From assembly GCA_964016885.1 (NCBI GenBank), contig OZ024765.1, positions 3,224,001-3,288,000 of the forward strand: a stretch of 64,000 nt of DNA, given 5' to 3'. The position numbers and the translations under genes were made by a program. This stretch comes from Eledone cirrhosa (lineage: Eukaryota). Every line of letters starts with the position of its first letter. Within the stretch, counting starts at the first letter, position 1. Under the pieces are notes generated by a model. It worked only from the letters and a program-made list of their open reading frames with translations. It had not been told where the DNA came from and did not search any database. Below are positions 38,475-53,607 of the stretch, piece by piece.

Positions 38475-38525
38475 AATATATATATTTATACATATATAAA
38501 TATTTATACATATATAAATAAATAA

Positions 38526-38558
<33 letters not shown>

Positions 38559-38674
38559 TAAATAAATATATATATATACATATATAAATAAATATATATA
38601 TATATATATATACATATATAAATAAATATATATATATATACATATATAAATAAATATATATATATATATATACA

Positions 38675-38708
<34 letters not shown>

Positions 38709-38821
38709 AATAAATATACATAAATAAATAAATATATATATATAAATAAATATACATAAATAAATAAATATATATATATAAATAAATATATATATATATA
38801 AATATATAAATAAATATATAA

Positions 38822-38878
<57 letters not shown>

Positions 38879-39416
38879 TATAATTAAATATAAATATATA
38901 TATTTATATATACATATATAAATAAATATATATATATATTTATATATATTCATTCACATAAACATACCGTTGCATTTCTGCAAGAATGAGTGTGTGCATG
39001 TATATATGTGTGTGCGTGTATATATCTGTGTATATGAGTATGTGTGTATGTGTATGTAAGTGTATGTATGTATGTATGTATGTGTGTATGTATATGTACG
39101 AATGTATGTGAATGTATGTGGATATATGTATATATGTATGTATGTGTGTGTGTGAGTATGTGTGTATGTGTGTGTACGAATGTATGTGTACGTATGTATG
39201 TATGTGTATGTATGTGTGTGTGTTACATTGTTATTGTCACCTTCACCTTGTATATGACCAGCAACGCCCCCTGGTGTTGTTTACACTGTTCAACACATGT
39301 TCGTGTTTTGTATATACACCTACCATAAGATATGTGTGTATATATATATATATATACATACATATATATATATATACATACATACATACATATATATATA
39401 TATACATACATACATA

Positions 39417-39457
<41 letters not shown>

Positions 39458-39513
39458 ATACATACATATATATATATATATACATACATATATATATATA
39501 TACACATACATAC

Positions 39514-39560
<47 letters not shown>

Positions 39561-39638
39561 CATACATATATATATATATACATACATATATATATATATA
39601 TATATACATACATACATATATATATACATACATACATA

Positions 39639-39679
<41 letters not shown>

Positions 39680-39781
39680 ACATACATATATATATATATA
39701 CATACATACATATATATATACATACATATATATATATATACATACATATATATATACATACATATATATATATATACATAC

Positions 39782-39816
<35 letters not shown>

Positions 39817-39832
39817 CATACATACATATATA

Positions 39833-39907
<75 letters not shown>

Positions 39908-39981
39908 ATACATACATACATATATATATACATACATATATATATATATACATATATATACATATATATATATACATATGC

Positions 39982-40012
<31 letters not shown>

Positions 40013-40447
40013 CATATATATATACACATATATATATACACATATATATACATGTATATATATATATACACATATATACATATATATATATATATACACA
40101 TATATATATATACACATATATATATATACACATATATATATACACATATATATATACACATATATATATACATATATATATACATATATATATATACATA
40201 TAAATATACATATATATATATATATATACATATAAAAATACATATATAAATATACATATATATATACATATATATATATATACATATATATATATACATA
40301 TATATATACATATATATATCCATATAAATATACATATATATATATACATATAAATATACATATATATATACATATATATATACATATATATATACATATA
40401 TATATATACATATATGTACATACATATATATATATACATATATATAT
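37240..40447. repeat. Compound (TA)/(GA)/(CA)/(TACA) microsatellite tract with short interruptions
   Basis: Direct inspection. Confidence 0.95.
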
Positions 40448-40875
40448 GGTGGCTGCCAACTCGTTTTCGAGTACGGCCACTACTTTATATCCATGTAGGA
40501 GAACCCCTACCGATGCGCTGAACGAGTGTGACGTTTTAGTCCAGCCAGCGACTTGAAAACTCTGGTACAAACACTACACTTGTGACAAATATTGACACAT
40601 AGTGCTGGGACCATGGTACCATGTGACGACAAGTGCAGAGAGATCTCCAGATATAAAGCAATGCCTGTGCCGTGAAGCTTTTATAGTGAGCAAAGGCACT
40701 GCACAAAGCCAGTCCCACTCTCTTAACCAAGATGATATTTACCAAAAAGAAGAACAAGTCAACATCATTGGATACCATCAGGGTTGCAGGTGTTATATCA
40801 GAGTTTTCCTTCTCCTAGAATTCTGCCTTGACAAAGGCTAAGGGGTCATCTCTCCCGGTGATTTTGGATGGCCAT
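40448..40875 (-). mobile_element. Partial copy of a ~610-bp interspersed element, inverted relative to 43877-44303
   Basis: ORF-track peptides at 40602+/43910- and 40536-/43973+ are near-identical. Confidence 0.85.
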
Positions 40876-40909
40876 ATATATGTATATATATATATACATA
40901 TATATATAC

Positions 40910-40941
<32 letters not shown>

Positions 40942-41323
40942 ATACATATATATATACATATATATACATATATATATACATATATATATACATATATATA
41001 TACATATATATATACATATATATATACATATATATATACATATATATATACATATATATATATATATACATATATACATATATACATATATATACATATA
41101 TACACATATATACATATATATATATACATATACATATATATATACATATACATATATATATACATATATATATACATATACATATATATATACATATATA
41201 TATATATACATATATATATACATATATATATACATATATATATACATATATATATACATACACATATACATATATATATACATATATATATACATATATA
41301 TATACATATATATATACATACAC

Positions 41324-41362
<39 letters not shown>

Positions 41363-41663
41363 TATATACATACACATATACATATATATATACATATATA
41401 TATACATACACATATACATACACATATACATATATACATACATATATACATATATATATACATATATATATACATACACATATACATATATACATATATA
41501 TATATATATACATATATATATAAGTATGCATGTATATATATGTATATATAGAGCAAGAATGAGGGGCTCATTCTACTGACATGGCTTTAAAAATGAGGCT
41601 TGTTTGCATAATTGCAAACGAATCGAATATTATTCTTAATATCTGAAAAACTCAGATTACATT

Positions 41664-41708
<45 letters not shown>

Positions 41709-42049
41709 CATTATAATGAAAGAAGAAACATTAGACATAAATAAAGAAATATATATACCCAATATTCTTCAACATCCTCGACTGCGCAGTTTCGTGGCTA
41801 CTTTGCAAAAACATTACATCATAGAGATGCAGTATTTTTGTGAGTTTTGCCAACTTATCAAGAGAATACCTCATTAAAGTTTCAAAACACGTCCGCAAGG
41901 CGTGAGAGAGAATCCCGGAAAGGCAGAGGGGGAACCTATCACGTGATACAGCGGTCAAGAAACAGAGTTAAGCCTCTTACAACCAAGAGAAAAATACCAC
42001 AAATGGCGGAGGGGGTATTAATATCTCGGATATATATATATATATATGT

Positions 42050-42802
42050 CTAGGGCGGGTAAAATTCCCGAGATTCATGGACGAGTTCTCTCCAGTGGCC
42101 TCTGTCCCTCATTATCGCTGCCATGTCCTGCGTCTCCAACAGACCAGTGTCTGTCCTTGGAGCATCAACATATGTCAACCTCGGTCTTCCTCTTCCAGTG
42201 TGTCCATGCAGGGGCTCCCACAGGATTACTGAGTGCAGTGTCAACTCTGGATGTCAGTGAGCATGTCCAGCTAACCTCAGTCTCCCTCTTCTAGTGTGTC
42301 CATGCAGGGGCTCCCACAGGAGCACTGAGTGCAGTGTCAACTCTGGATGTCGGTGAGCATGTCCAGCTAACCTCAGTCTCCCTCTTCTAGTGTGTCCATG
42401 TAGGGGCTCCCACAGGAGCACTGAGTGCAGTGTCAACTCTGGATGTCGGTGAGCATGTCCAGCTAACCTCAGTCTCCCTCTTCTAGTGTGTCCATGCAGG
42501 GGCTCCCACAGGAGCACTGAGTGCAGTGTCAACTCTGGATGTCGGTTTAGCATGTCCAGCTAACCTCAGTCTCCCTCTTCTAGTGTGTCCATGCAGGGGC
42601 TCCCACGGGAGCACTGAGTGCAGTGTCAACTCTGGATGTCGGTGAGCATGTCCAGCTAACCTCAGTCTCCCTCTTCTAGTGTGTCCATGCAGGGGCTCCC
42701 ACAGGAGCACTGAGTGCAGTGTCAACTCTGGATGTCGGTGAGCATGTCCAGCTAACCTCAGTCTCCTCTGTGCTACTCCCGAGCTGACTTTTGGAAGGCT
42801 CG
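42050..42802 (-). mobile_element. RTE-like 3' fragment containing ~6 tandem 96-bp repeats
   Basis: The 32-codon unit HRHPELTLHSVLLWEPLHGHTRRGRLRLAGHA is repeated. Same family as 34250-34590. Confidence 0.9.
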
Positions 42803-43011
42803 CGTATATATATGTGTACGTGTGTATATATGTATTTTTCTAACCACACTGACATCAAGTGGGCAGTTGACTTCTACAACAAAACCTATCTTTAATATGT
42901 GTTCCCCAGCCAAAGAATCAAATCTGCTGTCTTTTAATTTGGTGCCGTTTATTTTATTTCTAGGTTTCACCATTATTCCTTTATGCGTGTGTATGTATGT
43001 ATGTATGTATG

Positions 43012-43440
43012 TCGGGTCACTCTTGAATGCTACTGGTAACATGTAACCCAGTACAACCTGTCGCATGGTCGTGTCGTCGGCGACTAAACCGGCAACCCCA
43101 CCAAGTTTACTTGGTGAGGAGGGTGATTTGGGACACCCTGCAGGACAAAAAAACAAAACCTGACAAAGGGCGGAAGAACTCATAAGAGTCAACGTCCATC
43201 CGAAAGTGTGTAAATATGTATGTAGACATGTACCGCGCGGTTAAACCACTGGGAGTGAAGGACCCCTAGCCTTTTTCAGGGCATTCTTCTAGAAGAAGGC
43301 GACTCAGTAGTTACCGATGATCTTGATCATTTCTTCTTTTCAGGTTATAGCTACTGTCTCTCAGAGAGTGGGATTGGCTCAGTGCACAGTCTTTCCTCAC
43401 TTTAAAAAATATCTTCACGCACAGGCATTGCACGATAGAA
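43012..43440 (+). mobile_element. Diverged relative of the 43695-44303 element
   Basis: Shares tgctactggtaacatgta.cccagtacaacctgtc, ggtgaggagggtga and gaccc.tagcctt. Confidence 0.75.
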
Positions 43441-43694
43441 TTAATTAATAATTATTAATAATGGTATATCGTGCAATGGCCATACTCAATAACGAGGGGG
43501 CAGCCATCATGTATATATATATATGTATATATACATATGTATATATATTTGTATATATATTTATGTATGTATATATGTATATATATGTATGTATATATGT
43601 ATGTATATACATATGTATATAAATATATGTATGTATGTATATGTATATATGTATGTATAAATATATGTATGTATGTACATATGTATATATATTA

Positions 43695-44303
43695 TGGTCA
43701 GGTCACCAGTTGGTGCTACTGGTAACATGTATCCCAGTACAACCTGTCTCATGGTTGGGTCGTTGGCGACTAAACTGGTAACCCCACCAAGGTTTCTTGG
43801 TGAGGAGGGTGACTTTGGACATCCTGCAGGACTAAAAACAAAACCTGTCAAAGGGCAAAGGAGCTCTTAAGAGTCAATGGCCATCCAAATCACCGGGAGA
43901 GATGACCCCTTAGCCTTTGTCAAGGCAGAATTCTAGGAGAAGGAAAACTCTGATATAACACCTGCAACCCTGATGGTATCCAATGATGTTGACTTGTTCT
44001 TCTTTTTGGTAAATATCATCTTGGTTAAGACAGTGGGACTGGCTTTGTGCAATGCATTTGCTCACTATAAAAGCTTCACGACACAGACATTGCTTTATAT
44101 CTGGAGATCCCTCTGCACTTGTCGTCACATGGTACCATGGGCCCAGCACTATGTGTCAATAATTGTCACAAGTGTAGTGTTTGTACCAGAGTTTTCAAGT
44201 CGCTGGCTGGACTAAAAAGTCACACTCGTTCAGCGCATCGATAGGGGTTCTCCTACATGGATATAAAGTAGTGGCCGTACTCGAAAACGAGTTGGCAGCC
44301 ACC
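43695..44303 (+). mobile_element. ~610-bp interspersed element flanked by (TA)n; possibly LINE 5'-region derived
   Basis: Three related copies occur locally. Two end at the identical base (...GAGTTGGCAGCCACC). Family assignment is uncertain. Confidence 0.65.
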
Positions 44304-44304
44304 G

Positions 44305-44339
<35 letters not shown>

Positions 44340-44606
44340 ATGTCTAGATATATGTATGTATATATGTGTCTATATATGATCGCCATGTTTGTTTTAGGAA
44401 GGGAAGAAACACTTGGAGAACAATAAGTCCATTGTGTCAACTACTGATGATAGGGGCGAAGAAGGGTGGGTGGGGGGGGGGGGGCTTAAGATGGTGGTGG
44501 TGGTGGTGATGGAGGTGGTGGTGGTGGTGATGGAGGTGGTGGTGGTGAAGTCGCAGTAGCTCTCTATCTATGTGTGTATATGCATCTCTCTCTCTCTCTC
44601 TCTGTC

Positions 44607-44642
<36 letters not shown>

Positions 44643-44654
44643 TCCATATACATC

Positions 44655-44686
<32 letters not shown>

Positions 44687-44727
44687 GACAGACATATAAA
44701 TATATGTGTGTATATATATATAAACAC

Positions 44728-44779
<52 letters not shown>

Positions 44780-44987
44780 ACATACATACATACACACACA
44801 TATATATATATAAAAATAAATACATATATACACACAGACATATATATGTGTGTATGTGTGTGTATATATATATATATAAACACAGATAAATATATATATA
44901 TAAACACATACATACATACACACACATATATATATATATAAAAATAAATCATATATACACACAGACATATATATATGTGTGTGTGTA

Positions 44988-45024
<37 letters not shown>

Positions 45025-45097
45025 GTATTTATTTGTTTATATATATGTGAGCCTATGTATATATGTTTCGCTGTGTGTATGTATGTATATATATATA

Positions 45098-45149
<52 letters not shown>

Positions 45150-45219
45150 AGCCATTTTCCCCGCCGTCATCAATAGGGACATTGTGTTGTTTGTCAAAGA
45201 CACTCTTCCGGCTTTTTTG

Positions 45220-45261
45220 CTACTACTACCACTACTACTACTACTACTACTACCACTACTA

Positions 45262-45301
<40 letters not shown>

Positions 45302-46364
45302 CACTACTACTACTACTACTACCACTACTACTACCACTACTACTACTACTACTACTACCACTACTACTACCACTACTACTACTACTACCACTACTACTAC
45401 TACTACTACGACTACGACTACTACTACTACTACGACTACTACTACCACTACTACCACTACTACCACCACTACTACTACTACCACCACTACCACTACTACT
45501 ACCACTACTACCACTACTACTACCACTACTACTACCACTACTACTACCACTACTACTACTACTACCACTACCACTACTACCACTACTACTACCACTACCA
45601 CTACTACCACTACTACTACTACCACTACTACCACCACTACTACTACTACTACTACCACTACTACTACCACTACTACTACCACTACTACTACCACTACTAC
45701 TACTACTACTACTACCACTACCACTACCACTACCACTACTACCACTACTACCACCACTACTACTACTACCACCACTACCACTACTACTACCACTACTACC
45801 ACTACTACTACCACTACTACTACCACTACTACTACCACTACTACTACTACTACCACTACCACTACTACCACTACTACTACCACTACTACTACCACTACCA
45901 CTACTACCACTACTACTACTACCACTACTACTACCACTACTACTACCACTACTACTACCACTACTACTACCACTACTACTACCACTACTACTACCACTAC
46001 TACCACTACTACTACCACTACCACTACTACTACCACTACCACTACTACTACCACTACTACTACCACTACCACTACTACTACCACTACTACTACTACCACT
46101 ACTACCACTACTACTACTACTACTACTACCACTACTACTACTACCACTACTACCACTACTACTACTACTACTACTACCACTACTACTACCACTACTACTA
46201 CCACTACTACTACCACTACTACTACCACTACTACTACTACCACTACTACTACCACTACCACTACCACTACTACCACTACTACCACTACCACTACCACTAC
46301 TACTACTACCACTACCACTACTACCACCACTACCACTAGTACCACTACCACTACTACTACCACT

Positions 46365-46396
<32 letters not shown>

Positions 46397-46397
46397 C

Positions 46398-46438
<41 letters not shown>

Positions 46439-46655
46439 CACTACTACCACTACCACCACTACTACTACTACCACTACTACCACCACCACCACCACCACTA
46501 CTACTACCACCACCACCACTACTACCACTACTACCACCACCACCACTACTACTACTACTACCACCACCACCACCACTACTACTACCACCACTACCACTAC
46601 CACCACTACCACCACCACTACCACTACCACCACCACCACTACTACTACTACTACT
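45220..46655. repeat. (CTA/CCA)n trinucleotide tract
   Basis: Direct inspection. Confidence 0.97.
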
Positions 46656-46754
46656 TTTGTCGAACAGTTAGTAATGTATATCATAACTTTAGTCTTTTTT
46701 ATCGAAAAATTATAAATATCTGCATCCCTAAAACTGATGGGAGCAATATGCCTT

Positions 46755-49700
46755 GAAGGGTACCTCACTGCTATCTAGGGACAAGAAGTCCCCACCAAGG
46801 GGTACCTCACTGCTATCTAGGACAAGAAGTCCCCACCAAGGGGTACCTCACTGCTATCCAGGAACAAGAAGTCCCCACCTTGGGGTACCTCACTGCTATC
46901 TAGGGACAAGAAGTCCCCACCAAAGGTACCTCACTGCTATCCAGGAACAAGAAGTCCCCACCAAGAGTACCTCACTGCTATCCAGGAACAAGAAGTCCCC
47001 ACCAAGAGTACCTCACTGCTATCTAGGGACAAGAAGTCCCCACCAAGGGGTACCTCACTGCTATCTAGGGACAAGAAGTCCCCACCAAGGGGTACCTCAC
47101 TGCTATCTAGGGACAAGAAGTCCCCACCAAAGGTACCTCACTGCTATCTAGGGACAAGAAGTCCCCACCAAGGGGTACCTCACTGCTATCTAGGGACAAG
47201 AAGTCCCCACCAAGGGGTACCTCACTGCTATCTAGGGACAAGAAGTCCCCACCAAGGGGTACCTCACTGCTATCTAAGGACAAGAAGTCCCCACCAAGGG
47301 GTACCTCACTGCTATCTAGGACAAGAAGTCCCCACCAAGGGGTACCTCACTGCTATCTAGGGACAAGAAGTCCCCACCAAGGGGTACCTCACTGCTATCT
47401 AGGGACAAGAAGTCCCCACCAAGGGGTACCTCACTGCTATCTAGGGACAAGAAGTCCCCACCAAGGGGTACCTCACTGCTATCTAGGGACAAGAAGTCCC
47501 CACCAAAGGGTACCTCACTGCTATCTAGGGACAAGAAGTCCCCACCAAGGGGTACCTCACTGCTATCTAGGGACAAGAAGTCCCCACCAAGGGGTACCTC
47601 ACTGCTATCTAGGGACAAGAAGTCCCCACCAAGGGGTACCTCACTGCTATCTAGGGACAAGAAGTCCCCACCAAGGGGTACCTCACTGCTATCTAGGGAC
47701 AAGAAGTCCCCACCAAGGGGTACCTCACTGCTATCTAGGGACAAGAAGTCCCCACCAAGAGTACCTCACTGCTATCCAGGAACAAGAAGTCCCCACCAAG
47801 GGGTACCTCACTGCTATCCAGGAACAAGAAGTCCCCACCAAGGGGTACCTCACTGCTATCTAGGGACAAGAAGTCCCCACCAAGGGGTACCTCACTGCTA
47901 TCTAGGGACAAGAAGTCCCCACCAAGGGGTACCTCACTGCTATCTAGGGACAAGAAGTCCCCACCAAGGGGTACCTCACTGCTATCTAGGACAAGAAGTC
48001 CCCACCAAGGGGTACCTCACTGCTATCTAGGACAAGAAGTCCCCACCAAGGGGTACCTCACTGCTATCTAGGACAAGAAGTCCCCACCAAGAGTACCTCA
48101 CTGCTATCTAGGACAAGAAGTCCCCACCAAGGGGTACCTCACTGCTATCTAGGGACAAGAAGTCCCCACCAAGGGGTACCTCACTGCTATCTAGGACAAG
48201 AAGTCCCCACCAAGGGGTACCTCACTGCTATCTAGGGACAAGAAGTCCCCACCAAGGGGTACCTCACTGCTATCTAAGGACAAGAAGTCCCCACCAAGGG
48301 GTACCTCACTGCTATCTAGGGACAAGAAATTCCCACCAAGGGGTACCTCACTGCTATCTAGGGACAAGAAGTCCCCACCAAGGGGTACCTCACTGCTATC
48401 TAGGGACAAGAAATTCCCACCAAGGGGTACCTCACTGCTATCTAGGGACAAGAAGTCCCCACCAAGGGGTACCTCACTGCTATCTAGGGACAAGAAGTCC
48501 CCACCAAGAGTACCTCACTGCTATCTAGGAAAAGAAATTCCCACCAAGGGGTACCTCACTGCTATCTAGGGACAAGAAGTCCCCACCAAGGGGTACCTCA
48601 CTGCTATCTAGGGACAAGAAGTCCCCACCAAGGGGTACCTCACTGCTATCTAGGGACAAGAAGTCCCCACCAAGGGTACCTCACTGCTATCTAGGACAAG
48701 AAATTCCCACCAAGGGGTACCTCACTGCTATCCAAGACAAGAAGTCCCCACCAAGGGTACCTCACTGCTATCTAGGACAAGAAGTCCCCACCAAGGGGTA
48801 CCTCACTGCTATCTAGGACAAGAAGTCCCCACCAAGGGGTACCTCACTGCTATCCAGGAACAAGAAGTCCCCACCAAGGGGTGCCTCACTGCTATCTAGG
48901 GACAAGAAGTCCCCACCAAAGGTACCTCACTGCTATCCAGGAACAAGAAGTCCCCACCAAGAGTACCTCACTGCTATCCAGGAACAAGAAGTCCCCACCA
49001 AGAGTACCTCACTGCTATCTAGGGACAAGAAGTCCCCACCAAGGGGTACCTCACTGCTATCTAGGGACAAGAAGTCCCCACCAAGGGGTACCTCACTGCT
49101 ATCTAGGGACAAGAAGTCCCCACCAAAGGTACCTCACTGCTATCTAGGGACAAGAAGTCCCCACCAAGGGGTACCTCACTGCTATCTAGGGACAAGAAGT
49201 CCCCACCAAGGGGTACCTCACTGCTATCTAGGGACAAGAAGTCCCCACCAAGGGGTACCTCACTGCTATCTAAGGACAAGAAGTCCCCACCAAGGGGTAC
49301 CTCACTGCTATCTAGGACAAGAAGTCCCCACCAAGGGGTACCTCACTGCTATCTAGGGACAAGAAGTCCCCACCAAGGGGTACCTCACTGCTATCTAGGG
49401 ACAAGAAGTCCCCACCAAGGGGTACCTCACTGCTATCTAGGGACAAGAAGTCCCCACCAAGGGGTACCTCACTGCTATCTAGGGACAAGAAGTCCCCACC
49501 AAGGGGTACCTCACTGCTATCTAGGGACAAGAAGTCCCCACCAAGGGGTACCTCACTGCTATCTAGGGACAAGAAGTCCCCACCAAGGGGTACCTCACTG
49601 CTATCTAGGGACAAGAAGTCCCCACCAAGGGGTACCTCACTGCTATCTAGGGACAAGAAGTCCCCACCAAGGGGTACCTCACTGCTATCTAGGGACAAGA

Positions 49701-52700
49701 AGTCCCCACCAAGGGGTACCTCACTGCTATCTAGGGACAAGAAGTCCCCACCAAGAGTACCTCACTGCTATCCAGGAACAAGAAGTCCCCACCAAGGGGT
49801 ACCTCACTGCTATCCAGGAACAAGAAGTCCCCACCAAGGGGTACCTCACTGCTATCTAGGGACAAGAAGTCCCCACCAAGGGGTACCTCACTGCTATCTA
49901 GGGACAAGAAGTCCCCACCAAGGGGTACCTCACTGCTATCTAGGGACAAGAAGTCCCCACCAAGGGGTACCTCACTGCTATCTAGGACAAGAAGTCCCCA
50001 CCAAGGGGTACCTCACTGCTATCTAGGACAAGAAGTCCCCACCAAGGGGTACCTCACTGCTATCTAGGACAAGAAGTCCCCACCAAGAGTACCTCACTGC
50101 TATCTAGGACAAGAAGTCCCCACCAAGGGGTACCTCACTGCTATCTAGGGACAAGAAGTCCCCACCAAGGGGTACCTCACTGCTATCTAGGACAAGAAGT
50201 CCCCACCAAGGGGTACCTCACTGCTATCTAGGGACAAGAAGTCCCCACCAAGGGGTACCTCACTGCTATCTAAGGACAAGAAGTCCCCACCAAGGGGTAC
50301 CTCACTGCTATCTAGCGACAAGAAATTCCCACCAAGGGGTACCTCACTGCTATCTAGGGACAAGAAGTCCCCACCAAGGGGTACCTCACTGCTATCTAGG
50401 GACAAGAAATTCCCACCAAGGGGTACCTCACTGCTATCTAGGGACAAGAAGTCCCCACCAAGGGGTACCTCACTGCTATCTAGGGACAAGAAGTCCCCAC
50501 CAAGAGTACCTCACTGCTATCTAGGACAAGAAATTCCCACCAAGGGGTACCTCACTGCTATCTAGGGACAAGAAGTCCCCACCAAGGGGTACCTCACTGC
50601 TATCTAGGGACAAGAAGTCCCCACCAAGGGGTACCTCACTGCTATCTAGGGACAAGAAGTCCCCACCAAGGGTACCTCACTGCTATCTAGGACAAGAAAT
50701 TCCCACCAAGGGGTACCTCACTGCTATCCAAGACAAGAAGTCCCCACCAAGGGTACCTCACTGCTATCTAGGACAAGAAGTCCCCACCAAGGGGTACCTC
50801 ACTGCTATCTAGGACAAGAAGTCCCCACCAAGGGGTACCTCACTGCTATCCAGGAACAAGAAGTCCCCACCAAGGGGTACCTCACTGCTATCTAGGGACA
50901 AGAAGTCCCCACCAAAGGTACCTCACTGCTATCCAGGAACAAGAAGTCCCCACCAAGAGTACCTCACTGCTATCCAGGAACAAGAAGTCCCCACCAAGAG
51001 TACCTCACTGCTATCTAGGGACAAGAAGTCCCCACCAAGGGGTACCTCACTGCTATCTAGGGACAAGAAGTCCCCACCAAGGGGTACCTCACTGCTATCT
51101 AGGGACAAGAAGTCCCCACCAAAGGTACCTCACTGCTATCTAGGGACAAGAAGTCCCCACCAAGGGGTACCTCACTGCTATCTAGGGACAAGAAGTCCCC
51201 ACCAAGGGGTACCTCACTGCTATCTAGGGACAAGAAGTCCCCACCAAGGGGTACCTCACTGCTATCTCAGGACAAGAAGTCCCCACCAAGGGGTACCTCA
51301 CTGCTATCTAGGACAAGAAGTCCCCACCAAGGGGTACCTCACTGCTATCTAGGGACAAGAAGTCCCCACCAAGGGGTACCTCACTGCTATCTAGGGACAA
51401 GAAGTCCCCACCAAGGGGTACCTCACTGCTATCTAGGGACAAGAAGTCCCCACCAAGGGGTACCTCACTGCTATCTAGGGACAAGAAGTCCCCACCAAGG
51501 GGTACCTCACTGCTATCTAGGGACAAGAAGTCCCCACCAAGGGGTACCTCACTGCTATCTAGGGACAAGAAGTCCCCACCAAGGGGTACCTCACTGCTAT
51601 CTAGGGACAAGAAGTCCCCACCAAGGGGTACCTCACTGCTATCTAGGGACAAGAAGTCCCCACCAAGGGGTACCTCACTGCTATCTAGGGACAAGAAGTC
51701 CCCACCAAGAGTACCTCACTGCTATCCAGGAACAAGAAGTCCCCACCAAGGGGTACCTCACTGCTATCCAGGAACAAGAAGTCCCCACCAAGGGGTACCT
51801 CACTGCTATCTAGGGACAAGAAGTCCCCACCAAGGGGTACCTCACTGCTATCTAGGGACAAGAAGTCCCCACCAAGGGGTACCTCACTGCTATCTAGGGA
51901 CAAGAAGTCCCCACCAAGGGGTACCTCACTGCTATCTAGGACAAGAAGTCCCCACCAAGGGGTACCTCACTGCTATCTAGGACAAGAAGTCCCCACCAAG
52001 GGGTACCTCACTGCTATCTAGGACAAGAAGTCCCCACCAAGAGTACCTCACTGCTATCTAGGACAAGAAGTCCCCACCAAGGGGTACCTCACTGCTATCT
52101 AGGGACAAGAAGTCCCCACCAAGGGGTACCTCACTGCTATCTAGGACAAGAAGTCCCCACCAAGGGGTACCTCACTGCTATCTAGGGACAAGAAGTCCCC
52201 ACCAAGGGGTACCTCACTGCTATCTAAGGACAAGAAGTCCCCACCAAGGGGTACCTCACTGCTATCTAGGGACAAGAAATTCCCACCAAGGGGTACCTCA
52301 CTGCTATCTAGGGACAAGAAGTCCCCACCAAGGGGTACCTCACTGCTATCTAGGGACAAGAAATTCCCACCAAGGGGTACCTCACTGCTATCTAGGGACA
52401 AGAAGTCCCCACCAAGGGGTACCTCACTGATATATCTAGGGACAAGAAGTCCCCACCAAGAGTACCTCACTGCTATCTAGGACAAGAAATTCCCACCAAG
52501 GGGTACCTCACTGCTATCTAGGGACAAGAAGTCCCCACCAAGGGGTACCTCACTGCTATCTAGGGACAAGAAGTCCCCACCAAGGGGTACCTCACTGCTA
52601 TCTAGGGACAAGAAGTCCCCACCAAGGGTACCTCACTGCTATCTAGGACAAGAAATTCCCACCAAGGGGTACCTCACTGCTATCCAAGACAAGAAATTCC

Positions 52701-53607
52701 CACCAAGGGTACCTCGCTGCTATCTAGGAAGAAATCCCCACTAAGGACCTCACTGCTATCCAGGAACAAGAAGTCCCCACCAAGGGGTACCTCACTGCTA
52801 TCCAGGAACAAGAAGTCCCCACCAAGGGGTACCTCACTGCTATCCAGGAACAAGAAGTCCCCACCAAGGGGTACCTCACTGCTATCCAGGGACAAGAAGT
52901 CCCCACCAAGGGTACCTCACTGCTATCCAAGACAAGTCCCCACCAAGGGTACCTCACTGCTATCCAGGAACAAGAAGTCCCCACCAAGGGGTACCTCACT
53001 GCTATCCAGGAACAAGAAGTCCCCACCAAGGGGTACCCCACTGCTATCCAGGAACAAGAAGTCCCCACCAAGGGGTACCTCACTGCTATCCAGGGACAAG
53101 AAGTCCCCACCAAGGGTACCTCACTGCTATCTAGGACAAGAAATCCCCACCAAGGGTACCTCGCTGCTATCCAGGAACAAGAAGTCCCCACCAAGGGTAC
53201 CTCACTGCTATCCAGGAACAAGAAGTCCCCACCAAGGGTACCTCACTGCTATCCAGGAACAAGAAGTCCCCACCAAGGGTACCTCACTGCTATCTAGGAA
53301 GAAGAAGTCCCCACCAAGGGTACCTCGCTGCTATCCAGGAACAAGAAGTCCCCACCAAGGGTACCTCACTGCTATCCAGGAACAAGAAGTCCCCACCAAG
53401 GGTACCTCACTGCTATCCAGGAACAAGAAGTCCCCACCAAGGGTACCTCACTGCTATCCAGGAACAAGAAGTCCCCACCAAGGGTACCTCACTGCTATCT
53501 AGGACAAGAAATTCCCACCAAGGGGTACCTCACTACTATCTAGGACAAGAAATTCCCACCAAGGGGTACCTCACTGCTATCCAGGAACAAGAAGTCCCCA
53601 CCAAGGG
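46755..53607. repeat. 42-bp satellite (~160 units) with ~2-kb higher-order periodicity, derived from an R4/Dong-like LINE segment
   Basis: Unit GGGTACCTCACTGCTATC(T/C)AGG(G/A)ACAAGAAGTCCCCACCAAG. Identical ORF blocks at 47316, 49312 and 51308. Confidence 0.95.

Noticed and set aside
44975-46768. Poly-Val/Leu/Tyr-His ORFs of 450-560 aa
   Set aside because: Stop-free frames of a (CTA/CCA)n tract.
47316-53221. SLDSSEVPLGGDFL repeat proteins
   Set aside because: Antisense translation of the 42-bp satellite, with frequent frameshifting 41-bp units.
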